Notes: generated by a model not told the origin, from the sequence alone. A stretch of DNA of 55,776 bases from Bacillota bacterium (GCA_017440145.1 JAFSHU010000071.1:1-55776); one strand, 5' to 3'; counted from the stretch's first letter, positions 28,909 to 38,510 are shown. Numbers and translations are program-made.

Positions 28909-30504
28909 TTATTCGTTATAGGTATCCGGCAGGTCGTTTTCAAAGAGGACCACGTCCCCCTGCTGAACCAGACCAGCCAGCATATTGCGTGCTTCATTCA
29001 GATCCGCTGCCACCAGCAGCTGCCCCTCCCGGCAGCCGGCAGCCTCCGCCCCCTCATAAATGGGGCGGCTGTGCTTCTTACCCACCAAAATGATGAAATC
29101 GCAAACCGCAGGCAGCTTGGCGCCGAATTCCCGGTTCAGCTGCTCCTGCCGCTCGCCCAGCTCCACCATGCCCGGGGTGATGATGATCTTTCTACCGCCT
29201 TCGAAGGCAGAGAGCACTTCCAGAGCAGCCTCTGCACCGGCCGGGTTGGAGTTGAAGGCATCATCGATGACCGTATATGTGCCTGCATTCAGCAGCTGCA
29301 AACGATGCTCGATGGAGGGGATGCGGGAAAGGCCGCGGCTGATCTGCTTCATCTCCATGCCCAGCAGGCGGGCAACGGCGATGCCGCCCAGGATGTTGCA
29401 GACATTGTGCCGCCCCAGCAGGGCTGTACGCATGGGCCACTCCTGCCCTTCCCCATGCACCACAAAGCTGGTCCCGTGTTTGTCAAAGCTGATCTGATCC
29501 GCCCAGTACGCATTGGAAGGATCCAGGCCGTAGCGCACGATGGGGCAGGAAAATTCGCCCAGATTCGCCGTGATCAGGGGGTTATCCCCATTCACCACCG
29601 CTTTGCCATCCGCAGGCAGAGCCCGGATGATGTCAAATTTGGCAGCGATGATGTTTTCCTGAGAGCCAAAGGTTTCCAGATGCTGTTCCCCGATGGCGGT
29701 CAGCACCGCAATATCCGGCTGCGCCAGATCGCACATTTCCGCGATGTCCTCCCGATGCCGGGCGCCCATTTCACAGACGAAAACCTCTGTAATGGGGCGC
29801 AGCTGATTGTTCACCGTCAGGCTGACGCCCATCGGTGTATTATAGCTGTGGGGCGTGACCAGGGTTTCGAATTTCTCACCCAAAATCGCACCCAGGATCA
29901 TTTTCACGCTGGTCTTGCCATAGCTGCCGGTAACGCCCACCGTGGTCAAGCCGGGCATGGAGCGGAGCTTGCTCTGGGCGCTGCGGAAAAAGCCCATATT
30001 GATGTGCTTTTCCACCGGCTTCATCAGAGCATTTGCCAGCAGGACAAAGGCCCAGGGGCAGGCAGCAGCCAGCAAAAGCATGCAGACGCTGACCCGCAGG
30101 GAGAAAAGCAGCAGCGCAGGAAGGCTATAGAGCAGCAGCAAAGCCGCTGTGCAGGCAAAAAGTCGCTTCATCCGCTTGGTGAAGGCCAAGGGCTTCTTCG
30201 CCGGCTTCCGCCGCAGAGGGAGCCAGGCAAAGCAAAGCAGGAAATAGAGCAGGCAGGACAGCATATGCATCCAGCTGAAGCCCGGGAAAAACGTGCGAAG
30301 CAACAAAACCAGAGCCACAAAGGCACGGAGCCAAATCGATTGCTTCTTCAGCCAGCCCCAATATTCTTTATTCACATAGGTATTCTGCTGCAGCATATGC
30401 AGGTGATGGCGGCAGGCCCACAGCAGCATGAAGGCCAGAAAAACCAGCCAGCCCAGGGCAAGCGCGCCAGACAAGATCGACATTTCCGCAAAAAGCATGT
30501 TCAT
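28909..30504 (-). CDS. murF: MurF-like Mur ligase with ~160-aa N-terminal polytopic membrane domain
   Basis: P-loop GVTGSYGKTS sits at aa 190-199 rather than about 110. It is preceded by roughly 5 hydrophobic segments. Downstream motifs: SYNTPMGV, DDAFNSNP, ITPGMVELG. Adjacent to ddl. Confidence 0.8.
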   Translation of the reverse strand: MNMLFAEMSILSGALALGWLVFLAFMLLWACRHHLHMLQQNTYVNKEYWGWLKKQSIWLRAFVALVLLLRTFFPGFSWMHMLSCLLYFLLCFAWLPLRRKPAKKPLAFTKRMKRLFACTAALLLLYSLPALLLFSLRVSVCMLLLAAACPWAFVLLANALMKPVEKHINMGFFRSAQSKLRSMPGLTTVGVTGSYGKTSVKMILGAILGEKFETLVTPHSYNTPMGVSLTVNNQLRPITEVFVCEMGARHREDIAEMCDLAQPDIAVLTAIGEQHLETFGSQENIIAAKFDIIRALPADGKAVVNGDNPLITANLGEFSCPIVRYGLDPSNAYWADQISFDKHGTSFVVHGEGQEWPMRTALLGRHNVCNILGGIAVARLLGMEMKQISRGLSRIPSIEHRLQLLNAGTYTVIDDAFNSNPAGAEAALEVLSAFEGGRKIIITPGMVELGERQEQLNREFGAKLPAVCDFIILVGKKHSRPIYEGAEAAGCREGQLLVAADLNEARNMLAGLVQQGDVVLFENDLPDTYNE

Positions 30505-30510
30505 CGCCCC

Positions 30511-31281
30511 TTAGTGCGTAATAAAATAATCCACCACGGAATAAAAACGTCCGGGTTGCTCCAGGAAGGGGTAATGCCCGGCTTCCTCAAAGACCACCAG
30601 ACCGGCATCGGGGATCAGCTTCTCCATCAGCTGCCCGTCGGAAAGGGGGGTGGCAGTATCCTTCTCTCCCCAGATCAGCAGGGTGGAAGCCTTGATCTTA
30701 TTCAGCAGAGGCTGCAGATCCTGATTCACCACTTTCACAAAGATCTGCCGCATCACGCCCTGGGCCTGGGCATAATCCGAGGAAGGGTTGGAGCTGATCC
30801 AGCGTTTCAAAGCCCGTTCCTTATAGGGCAGCAGCGGCTTAATGGAAAAAAGCTTCTTCGCTGCCTTATAGCTGTAAACGCGAAGATAATATTTCCAGCT
30901 GCGTTTAGGCAGAATGCCCGCTGCATCCGTCAGGATGATCTTCTTCCCGATGCCGCGGCTCCCCAGAATGATGGAAAGCCGACCGCCAAAGCTGTGCCCC
31001 AGCAGGATCACATTTTCCAGCTTCAGCTTTTGGATGAAGCGCTCCACAAAATCCGCATATTCAAAAACAGACCAGGCCGCAGGCGGGGCAGCTGTGCCGC
31101 CAAAACCGGGCAGATCCAAACTCACCGCATAGCAACGCTCAGCCAGCTGCAGACGAAGCGGCTCCAGGGTGGAGCTATCCACACCCCAGCCATGAAGCAG
31201 CAGAACCGTCTGCCCGGCCTTTCCGTTTTCCGGGCCGGAAGCTGTATAATTCACATCCAGGCCATCAATTTTTATACGCAT
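30511..31281 (-). CDS. alpha/beta-fold hydrolase
   Basis: LLLHGWG and the nucleophile elbow GHSFGG. 256 aa, with a 6-nt gap to murF. Confidence 0.85.
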   Translation of the reverse strand: MRIKIDGLDVNYTASGPENGKAGQTVLLLHGWGVDSSTLEPLRLQLAERCYAVSLDLPGFGGTAAPPAAWSVFEYADFVERFIQKLKLENVILLGHSFGGRLSIILGSRGIGKKIILTDAAGILPKRSWKYYLRVYSYKAAKKLFSIKPLLPYKERALKRWISSNPSSDYAQAQGVMRQIFVKVVNQDLQPLLNKIKASTLLIWGEKDTATPLSDGQLMEKLIPDAGLVVFEEAGHYPFLEQPGRFYSVVDYFITH

Positions 31282-31390
31282 AAGAAGCAGACGCCTTTCC
31301 CAAATCTTTTATTTCCATTCTATTAAAGAATTTAATACGTTTATACCATAAAAAAGAAATAATAGCAAACACTTTTTTCCCCAAAGAGAA

Positions 31391-31418
31391 AGTCCGGTCG
31401 TAAAAATACGACCGGACT
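31391..31418 (-). terminator. hairpin downstream of the small Zn-ribbon ORF
   Basis: AGTCCGGTCG-8 nt-CGACCGGACT. On the minus strand it is followed by TTCTCTTT. Confidence 0.5.
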
Positions 31419-31457
31419 GCATAATTTTTCATTTCGGCAAGCCGCAGGCGCCCAGCC

Positions 31458-31721
31458 CTATTTTCTTAAAAGGAACAGGCGGGGCCTGCCCCCCGGGGCG
31501 GAAAGACCGGAGGAGGGAAAAAACGCAGCGGGTGCGGATTCCCCCGCGGCTGCCAGAGCCGGAGGCTCCGAACACTCCGGACGCAGTCTATGCAGGCGGC
31601 AAGGGCGGGCAGAAGTGGAAATCAGGCTCAAATCATGCCCACAGCAGGGGCAAATCCAGATCCCATTGTCTGAAGCGGAATAAGAAGTATTGTGGCAGGA
31701 AGGACAAGCTTTAAAGGGCAT
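31458..31721 (-). CDS. small zinc-ribbon protein with low-complexity Pro/Ala tail (uncertain)
   Basis: MPFKACPSCHNTSYSASDNGIWICPCCGHDL followed by a P/A/S/R-rich tail. GGGAG lies 10 nt upstream, and the ORF sits between two terminator hairpins. Confidence 0.35.
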   Translation of the reverse strand: MPFKACPSCHNTSYSASDNGIWICPCCGHDLSLISTSARPCRLHRLRPECSEPPALAAAGESAPAAFFPSSGLSAPGGRPRLFLLRK

Positions 31722-31854
31722 ATGTATCGCGCTCCCATACTATATTTAGTGGCGGAAACAGCGTTCCCACTACATCATAGCAGAGTGCAAAAAGAAAACT
31801 TGCCGCAAGCTGTCGCTGCCTTCCCACTTTTTTCAGCGGGAAAGAGACAGAAAA

Positions 31855-31879
31855 AGCGGGAACCTGACAGGCTCCCGCT
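31855..31879 (-). terminator. terminator of the SH3b-protein gene
   Basis: On the minus strand: AGCGGGAGCC-TGTCA-GGTTCCCGCT followed by TTTTTC. Confidence 0.7.
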
Positions 31880-31902
31880 GAATACGCTTTTCATTATGAA
31901 AA

Positions 31903-32397
31903 TCAATAGGGATCGCTGCACAGCCAGCCGGCCACAAAGCCCTCGGAGCCATCGCTCAAACGAACCTTATACCAGGTGCCATCGCTGGCAGTGGTGGAGC
32001 TCAGATATTCCAGCTCCGTACCGGAAGAGACGGAAGCAACGATCTGTGCAGAGGTGGAGGCAGAGGCACGAACATTGACGCTGTCCGCCGTAACCTTTAC
32101 CTTCTGGCCTTCTTCGCCGCTGGGATCCTCTTCATTGCCATTGCCGCCGCCGTTTCCGCTGGGATCATTTTCCCCGGCCACAGCAGCATCCAGCAGGGCT
32201 TCCATTCCGTCCAATCTTTCCTCCAGCTGGGCAATGCGTACGCTCAGAAGCTTCTCCACCTGGCTCTGCGTCATAACAGGGTCATCAATAGAGCCGGGGT
32301 TCGTACCGGCAGCCACGACCACATTGCCGATAACGAAGCCCAAACCGGTGAAAACAATAGCTGCTATGATCAGAACGATTACTCCGCTTTTACTCAT
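31903..32397 (-). CDS. membrane-anchored SH3b-domain protein
   Basis: Start at the ATG at 32397 after AAGGAGAG. N-terminal TM helix, a coiled segment, and C-terminal VNVRASASTSAQIVASVSSGTELEYL...WYKVRLSDGSEGFVAGWL. Confidence 0.75.
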   Translation of the reverse strand: MSKSGVIVLIIAAIVFTGLGFVIGNVVVAAGTNPGSIDDPVMTQSQVEKLLSVRIAQLEERLDGMEALLDAAVAGENDPSGNGGGNGNEEDPSGEEGQKVKVTADSVNVRASASTSAQIVASVSSGTELEYLSSTTASDGTWYKVRLSDGSEGFVAGWLCSDPY

Positions 32398-32488
32398 GTC
32401 CTTCTCTCCTTTATGCACTCAAAGATTAGTATATAATTTAAACCTTTTTCCGGGATTTCCTGCTGATATCCAATCCCAGGAAATCATT

Positions 32489-33553
32489 TTAAGCCTGCTT
32501 TGCATTGCTGTCCTCCGCAAGCTTCCGGCTCAGCCAGGATGCCCGCTTCCCTCGCAGCACACCCAGAAAATCCGCACCCAGGAAGGTCAGCAGCGTCACC
32601 GCGATCAAAACCGCAGTGGCCTGCGCCGTAGCCAGAATGGCCATCAGCACAGCGGAAATACCCATCACCAAAGAGATGGCATAAATCGTCAGCACCGTCT
32701 GGCGGTGACTCAGACCCATGCTCAGCAGGGTCTGATGCAGATGCATTTTATCCGCAGCAAAGATCGGCTTTTTCAGATACATGCGGCGGAAAATGGCGCA
32801 GAAGGTATCAAAAATCGGGATCCCCAGGATAATAAAGGGGATAAACACGGAAACCACCGTGGCCCCTTTGGATAGGCCCATCAGGGATAGCGCCCCCAGC
32901 ACGAAGCCTAAAAACAAGGCGCCGCAATCCCCCATGAAGGTTTTTGCCGGGTTAAAGTTGTACGGCAAAAAGCCCAGAGCAGAGGCAGCCAGAACACCGG
33001 CCAGCGCGGCAGCAGTGAATTCCCCCTGGGAAACACAGACAACCGCTGTGCTGACAGCAGCAATGGTGGAAACCCCGGAACAAAGCCCGTCCAGACCATC
33101 GATCAGGTTCACGGCATTGGAGATCCCCACCAGCCAGATCACGGTAATGGGTACCGCGAAGATCCCCAAAGAAATCAAAGAGCCGTTAAAGGGGTTGGTA
33201 ATAAAACGAATGGTGAAGCCGCCATAAACCAGCACCAGAGCCCCAAGGATCTGCCCCAGCAGCTTTAATTTGGGGGAAATATCCTTAAAATCATCGATCA
33301 GGCCGGTGAGCATCACGATGCTGCTCCCCACCAGCAGGCAGGCCACCTGCCGCGTATACTGCGCCAGCAGAAGCGTGCCGATCACAAAGCCGGCATAAAT
33401 GGCGATGCCGCCCATTCGGGGTGTGGGCGTGGTATGCACCTTGCGCTGATTCGGTATATCCACAATATTATATTTTCGTGCCAAACGGATCGCCAGCGGA
33501 CTCACCAGCAAGGTGACCAGAAAGGCAGCAGCAATTCCGATCCAGGTAAACAT
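32489..33553 (-). CDS. glycosyltransferase family 4 (MraY/WecA/TagO-like) polyprenyl-phosphate sugar-1-phosphate transferase
   Basis: Start at the ATG at 33553. Motifs PRMGGIAIY, LIDDFKDISP, NAVNLIDGLDGL and FMGDCGALFLGF. Confidence 0.9.
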   Translation of the reverse strand: MFTWIGIAAAFLVTLLVSPLAIRLARKYNIVDIPNQRKVHTTPTPRMGGIAIYAGFVIGTLLLAQYTRQVACLLVGSSIVMLTGLIDDFKDISPKLKLLGQILGALVLVYGGFTIRFITNPFNGSLISLGIFAVPITVIWLVGISNAVNLIDGLDGLCSGVSTIAAVSTAVVCVSQGEFTAAALAGVLAASALGFLPYNFNPAKTFMGDCGALFLGFVLGALSLMGLSKGATVVSVFIPFIILGIPIFDTFCAIFRRMYLKKPIFAADKMHLHQTLLSMGLSHRQTVLTIYAISLVMGISAVLMAILATAQATAVLIAVTLLTFLGADFLGVLRGKRASWLSRKLAEDSNAKQA

Positions 33554-33718
33554 ACTCTCTCCTTTGTGTTTTGCAGCCCCCGCTCTGCGAAACAGATGAA
33601 AGCTGCCGTTTTGCTGCATGCCTCAGGCTTAGGCTTCAACAGCAGAGAGAAATCCCATACGATTTCAACTTATATTTTCTCATTTCAGGGTGGCTTTTGT
33701 CAATGCTTTTATATGGTT

Positions 33719-35254
33719 TCACTTCTTTTTCAGTTTCAAACTCTGCAAAAGCGCAGTCAGAGCCTTTGCGCCCATCAGCAGAAGCAAAGCCGCATAAAGC
33801 AGGACTGCGCCGCCCACCACCGGGACAAGACGCAGGAGCAGATGGAGCTTGTCCCCGGCAGCAGCGACCCAGGGCGCCGCAAGAAAGACCGGAATGCCCA
33901 TCAGCAGCGTGGCGCAGAAGATCAGCAGAAGATCCCGCCCCAGGCCCGTGCTGCGGGAAAACTGCAGCCTCCGCTCCAGAACAAACCACAGGAGCAGGGC
34001 ATTCACAGCGGCAGCCACCGTATTCGCCAGCCCCAGGGCCCCGTGATTCATGGAATCCACCAGAAGCCAGCTGACAGCCACATTCGCCGCAATGGACACA
34101 GCCCCCGTATACAAGGGCGTGCGAACATCCCCCAGCGCATAGTAGACGCGGGTCAGCATCATGGTGATGGCCAGGAAAACCAGGCCGGGGCACATCATCA
34201 GCAGTGCATAGGCTGTTGCATTGGTCTCTGCCGCGCCAAACTGCCCGCTTTCAAACAAAAGACGCACAACAGAAGAATCCAGCAGCATGATCCCGCAGGT
34301 AGCCGGGACAGTCACCAGCAGAATCATGGAGAGCCCGCGGGAAACGGTGTCTCTCAGCTGGCTTTTGTCCTGCTGCTGCGCCTGCTCTGCCAAAGCGGGA
34401 AAAGCGGCGGTAATGATGGCGGAAACAAAAACGCCCAAAGGCAGGTTAATGAGCTTGTTGGCGTAATTCAGTACGGAAATGCTGCCTTCCGCCAGGGCAG
34501 AGGCAAAGATCCGGTTGATGATCGTATAAATCTGGTTTACCGCCAGCCCCAGAACGATGGGCAGCAGATCGATCAGCACCCGTTTGATCGCCGGGTGCCG
34601 CAATTCCCAGGAAAAGCTGTATTTAAAGCCGGTGCGGGGCAGATCTGCCAAAGTCAGGGCAAAAAAGCCCATATAGCCGATAAGCGTGCCCCAGGCCAGC
34701 ACCTGCACGTTTCCATTGGCAAAAAATACGCAGGCAATGATGATGGCCAAAGCCGCCACACCGGGAGCCAAGGCTGCCGCGGTGAAACGATAGCAGCTGT
34801 TCAGGATCCCGGAGATGACCATGCCCACCGCCATAAAAAGCGCGGAGGGAAACATGATCCGAGCCATTTGGGCAGCCAGATCTGCTGTGGAAGCCGGCAA
34901 TTCCGGAGCCGTGAGCCAGATCAGAAGCGGAGAAGCCAGAATGCCGATGATGCAGATGATCAGCATCCCCACAGCCACCAGATTGATCAGCGTGCTGCCC
35001 AGGCGGCAGGCCTCTCCGTTATCCCCCTCGCTCTGCCAATACTGGGAAAGCATGGGCAGGACAGCGGAAACAAAGGCAAAGCCCAGCACGCTTTGGAAGA
35101 AGTAAGGCAGCGTGTAGGCAGCCAGATAGGCATCACTCAAAGAAGATGCGCCAAAGCCATCGGCAATGACCATCTCCCGGACAAAGCCCAGAACCTTGAC
35201 GCAGCAATTCACCAGCAGCAACCAGCCTGCTGTTTTAATCAAATTCTTTCCCAT
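33719..35254 (-). CDS. murJ: lipid II flippase MurJ
   Basis: 511-aa polytopic protein. N-terminus VKVLGFVREMVIADGFGAS..DAY is typical of MviN/MurJ. Confidence 0.9.
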   Translation of the reverse strand: MGKNLIKTAGWLLLVNCCVKVLGFVREMVIADGFGASSLSDAYLAAYTLPYFFQSVLGFAFVSAVLPMLSQYWQSEGDNGEACRLGSTLINLVAVGMLIICIIGILASPLLIWLTAPELPASTADLAAQMARIMFPSALFMAVGMVISGILNSCYRFTAAALAPGVAALAIIIACVFFANGNVQVLAWGTLIGYMGFFALTLADLPRTGFKYSFSWELRHPAIKRVLIDLLPIVLGLAVNQIYTIINRIFASALAEGSISVLNYANKLINLPLGVFVSAIITAAFPALAEQAQQQDKSQLRDTVSRGLSMILLVTVPATCGIMLLDSSVVRLLFESGQFGAAETNATAYALLMMCPGLVFLAITMMLTRVYYALGDVRTPLYTGAVSIAANVAVSWLLVDSMNHGALGLANTVAAAVNALLLWFVLERRLQFSRSTGLGRDLLLIFCATLLMGIPVFLAAPWVAAAGDKLHLLLRLVPVVGGAVLLYAALLLLMGAKALTALLQSLKLKKK

Positions 35255-35275
35255 AAAATCTCCAAGGCTTCAGGA

Positions 35276-36055
35276 CTAAACTGCGCTTCCGGTATAATCC
35301 ACCACTTCAACGCTGGGATCCAGCAGCAGTTCCTTGTCCTCTACGCTGTTCAGGCGAATATTTTTGTATTGCACAGTCCAAAAATCGCCCAGGGAATCCT
35401 CATAATAAACCTGCAGCGGAAAACCGTTGGCCGTGCTGACCCACAGCGTACTTCCTTCCGCAGTATTCAGAACCATGCAGGTCTGCCGATCAATGGTCTC
35501 AAAGCCATTGGCCGTGCAATCCAGATAATTCTGCAGCTTCGGGTTATCCGGCGCATCCGGGTTTGCAGGGTCAAAGGGCAGCTTCATGGCCGGGGTACCA
35601 CTGCCGGGGGCATAGTTGATCACCGTATTCTCGTTGTAATCATAATAATACTCGCTGAGGCCGTAGCCGCCCACGCTGGTGACCACCTTCATGCGGCCGT
35701 CCTTATACCAGATCTGCATATAAATCTGCCCATCCACATAGGGGATGTTCTGTTCAAAATAATAGGATTCGATCAAGTCCAGATTGGCAGCCAGATCAGC
35801 CGGGGTAGAGGCCTCCGCCTTATCCTGAAACTGCGGCTCTTCCGGGAGGACAGGCTCATCCTGCTCTTCTCCCTGCGGATCCCCCTCCGATACAGTGGGC
35901 GGCTCCGCAGGCTTTACGCCCGGCTCCACCACAACCTCCGGCCGATCCTCCACCGGGGGCTCCTCCGGTGCATCATTGCAGCCCGCGCTGAAAAGCATGG
36001 CTGCCAGCAAAACCAGAACCACTGCCCAACGATACATCTTGTGCTGTAATTTCAT
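35276..36055 (-). CDS. lipoprotein, unknown function
   Basis: Start at the ATG at 36055. MKLQHKMYRWAVVLVLLAAMLFSAGC lipobox, a Pro/Glu-rich linker, and a beta-rich C-terminal domain. Confidence 0.75.
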   Translation of the reverse strand: MKLQHKMYRWAVVLVLLAAMLFSAGCNDAPEEPPVEDRPEVVVEPGVKPAEPPTVSEGDPQGEEQDEPVLPEEPQFQDKAEASTPADLAANLDLIESYYFEQNIPYVDGQIYMQIWYKDGRMKVVTSVGGYGLSEYYYDYNENTVINYAPGSGTPAMKLPFDPANPDAPDNPKLQNYLDCTANGFETIDRQTCMVLNTAEGSTLWVSTANGFPLQVYYEDSLGDFWTVQYKNIRLNSVEDKELLLDPSVEVVDYTGSAV

Positions 36056-36201
36056 TTTCGCACCACCATCCCAGAAAATTCCCAAGCAGCAGAACAGCGA
36101 GAAACAAGCAGACACAGCAAAACTACTTATAAATTATCATAACACAAAAATTCCATGCCCACAAGAATTTGACGTGATTTTCCAGACAAAAGTTCCCCGA
36201 T

Positions 36202-37083
36202 TCAGCGATCCCGGGAGACAAAAAATTCCGGGAAGCCGCGCAGCAGATCGGCTCCTTCATCAAAGCCCCGCAGCGCATCAACAGCCAGCTCAGCAGAGCG
36301 GCGGGCCTCCTCCCTGGCCTTCTCGCAGCCCAGCAGGCCCGCATAGGTCAGAGTCGCGTTTTTGGCATCGCTGCCGATGGTTTTCCCCAGAAGGGCAGCA
36401 TCCCCCTGCACATCCAGAACATCATCAATGATCTGAAAGGCACGGCCGCTTTGATAGCTATAAATCTCCAAATCCTGCAGCTGCTGCTCATCGGCGCCGC
36501 ACAGATGTGCTGCCGAAAGAACCGCACAGGCCAGCAAAGCCCCGGTTTTCCCCTGATAGATAGAATCCAGCCGCTGCCGATCAATGCTTTCCGGCGGGGA
36601 GGCCAGCTCCGCAGCCTGCCCTGCCACCATGCCGCCACAACCGGCCAGGCGGGAGACCAGAGCAACAGCCCGGCACAGGCGGGAGGGCTCTGCCGGGATG
36701 GAGAGCATCACAGCAAAGGCATGGGTGAGCAGGGCATCCCCAGCCAGAATAGCCGTAGCCTCGTCATAGGCCCGGTGGCAGCTGGGCCGCCCCCGGCGCA
36801 GGTCATCATCATCCATCGCCGGGAGATCATCGTGGATCAGGGAATAGGTGTGGATCATTTCCAGCCCTGCGGCAAAGGGCATCCAATCTCTGCGCTCCTG
36901 CCCGAAGGCAGCCAGAGTCGCAGCAAACAAGGCCGGGCGCAGGCGCTTCCCCCCGGCCAGGCAGCTGTAGCGCATCGCAGAATAGAGACGCTTCTCCAGC
37001 CCCTCCTCCGCAGGCAAAAGCCGGTTCAGCTCTGCCTCCACCTCTTTTTCGATCTGCAGCAAAAAAGCCTTCAGCTCATTCAT
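36202..37083 (-). CDS. ispA: polyprenyl (farnesyl/geranylgeranyl) diphosphate synthase
   Basis: First DDxxD as LIHDDLPAMDDDDLRRG and second as DDVLD. Overlaps the xseB stop by 8 nt. Confidence 0.9.
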   Translation of the reverse strand: MNELKAFLLQIEKEVEAELNRLLPAEEGLEKRLYSAMRYSCLAGGKRLRPALFAATLAAFGQERRDWMPFAAGLEMIHTYSLIHDDLPAMDDDDLRRGRPSCHRAYDEATAILAGDALLTHAFAVMLSIPAEPSRLCRAVALVSRLAGCGGMVAGQAAELASPPESIDRQRLDSIYQGKTGALLACAVLSAAHLCGADEQQLQDLEIYSYQSGRAFQIIDDVLDVQGDAALLGKTIGSDAKNATLTYAGLLGCEKAREEARRSAELAVDALRGFDEGADLLRGFPEFFVSRDR

Positions 37084-37282
37084 GGGCTTCCTCCTCTGCC
37101 GGCGTCGGGGACAAAGCCTGTGCGGCGGCGGCCAGTTTTGTCCGGCAGGCAGAAATCAGCTCCTGCCCGGCGGAATATTTTTTCAAGGTATCTTCCAAAG
37201 AGAGGCCGCCCTGCTCCATCTGCAGAACGATCTCTTCCAATTCAGCGATCATGCTTTCAAAATCTTTTTTGGCCTTTGCCAT
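37076..37282 (-). CDS. xseB: exodeoxyribonuclease VII small subunit
   Basis: 68-aa product MAKAKKDFESMIAELEEIVLQMEQGGLSLEDTLKKY. The ORF-track extension to 37759 overlaps xseA and is rejected. Confidence 0.9.
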   Translation of the reverse strand: MAKAKKDFESMIAELEEIVLQMEQGGLSLEDTLKKYSAGQELISACRTKLAAAAQALSPTPAEEEAHE

Positions 37283-37295
37283 AGAAAATTCTCCT

Positions 37296-38510
37296 TTATT
37301 TTTCCGGATCCACACTGCGGATCTCTGCCCATAGGCTCCCCTTTGCCAAACGAAGGGAGAACAGGTCTCCCGCCCGGCAGCAGGCAGCATCCCGCAAAAG
37401 ATGTCCATCCGCATCCAGGGCCAGGCTATAGCCGCGGCCCAGGGTTGCCAGGGGGCTAAGCAATTCCAAACGAAGGGAAAGTGCATCCAGAGTGGCAGCT
37501 CGGCTTTCCAGCAGCCCGGCCCCAGCCGCCTCCAAACGGCTCTCCAAAGAAAGCAGGCGGCTCTGGGCCGCCGAAAAAAGCGACGCAGGCTCCCAGCAGG
37601 GGGAAGCTGCCAAACGCAGGAAACGGCTCTCTGCCAGCTGCAGAACCCTCTGCCCAGCCTGGGACAGCCGCTGCGCCAGGCTCTCCAGCCTTTGCAGCAA
37701 AAGGGCAGCATCCGGCACCGCCAGCGTGGCAGCATGGGTCGGCGTAGCCGCCCGCACATCTGCCGCCAGATCTGCCAAAGTCACATCGCTTTCGTGACCC
37801 ACAGCAGAGATCAGGGGTGTAGAAGCCGCCGCTATGGCGCGCACCACTGTCTCCGTATTAAAAGCAGCCAGATCCTCCTCTGCACCGCCGCCCCGGCCAA
37901 CGATCAGAACATCATGCCCGCCACGGTCCGCTTTGGCGATGGCGGCAGCCAGAGATTCCGCAGCCTGATCCCCCTGAACCAGGGCAGGATAAAGCCGAAT
38001 CTCCACCCCGGGGAGACGCCCATACAGGATACGCTGCAGATCTGCCCAGGCTGCGCTGTCCGCTGCGGTGACGACGCCAACCTTTCCGGCGAAGGCGGGC
38101 AGGGGCTGCTTGCCTTCCGGGGAGAACAAGCCTTCCTCTTCCAGACGCTGTTTCAGCTCGTTTTGCGCCTGCTGCTCCGCCCCCTGCCCGGCAGGCAAAA
38201 GGGCCTGGGCATAAAGCTGCACAGAACCGTCCCGCTCATACAGGGATGCGCTGCCGATCACAATGACCCGGTCTCCATCCCGGGGCAGCCACTGCTGCAA
38301 GGCAGCATAACGGCGGAACAAAACCACACGCAGCTGATGCTCCCCCTCCCGCAGGCTGAAATAGACATGGCCGGAGCTGTGGGCACGGAAGCCGCTCACC
38401 TCTCCGCTGACGGCCAGGGAGGAAAGGAAGGAATCCTCCCCCAGATATTCTTTTATGTAAAATAAAATTTGCTCCACACTATAAGTGCGGGGATATACTC
38501 TCTCTGCCAT
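37296..38510 (-). CDS. xseA: exodeoxyribonuclease VII large subunit
   Basis: Start at the ATG at 38510. N-terminal OB fold (YSVEQILFYIKEYL...VSGEVSGF..HSSGHVYFSL) and GRGGGAEEDL. Confidence 0.9.
   Translation of the reverse strand: MAERVYPRTYSVEQILFYIKEYLGEDSFLSSLAVSGEVSGFRAHSSGHVYFSLREGEHQLRVVLFRRYAALQQWLPRDGDRVIVIGSASLYERDGSVQLYAQALLPAGQGAEQQAQNELKQRLEEEGLFSPEGKQPLPAFAGKVGVVTAADSAAWADLQRILYGRLPGVEIRLYPALVQGDQAAESLAAAIAKADRGGHDVLIVGRGGGAEEDLAAFNTETVVRAIAAASTPLISAVGHESDVTLADLAADVRAATPTHAATLAVPDAALLLQRLESLAQRLSQAGQRVLQLAESRFLRLAASPCWEPASLFSAAQSRLLSLESRLEAAGAGLLESRAATLDALSLRLELLSPLATLGRGYSLALDADGHLLRDAACCRAGDLFSLRLAKGSLWAEIRSVDPEK

Noticed and set aside
33434-36049. 871-aa plus-strand ORF spanning murJ and the lipoprotein gene. 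Similar cases are 28783-31326 (847 aa), 23447-25714 (755 aa), 3925-5769 (614 aa), 50194-51972 (592 aa) and 16684-18333 (549 aa).
   Set aside because: All are antisense shadows, exactly codon-aligned with well-supported genes. Their translations are low-complexity (rich in Q, H, R, G, D, L and I) with no motifs. They cross gene boundaries and intergenic spacers. Avoidance of TTA, CTA and TCA codons explains them.
37283-37759. N-terminal extension of the xseB ORF to 227 aa.
   Set aside because: The extension overlaps the 3' part of xseA in another frame and is Arg/Trp/Cys/Pro-rich. The canonical 68-aa XseB starts at 37282.
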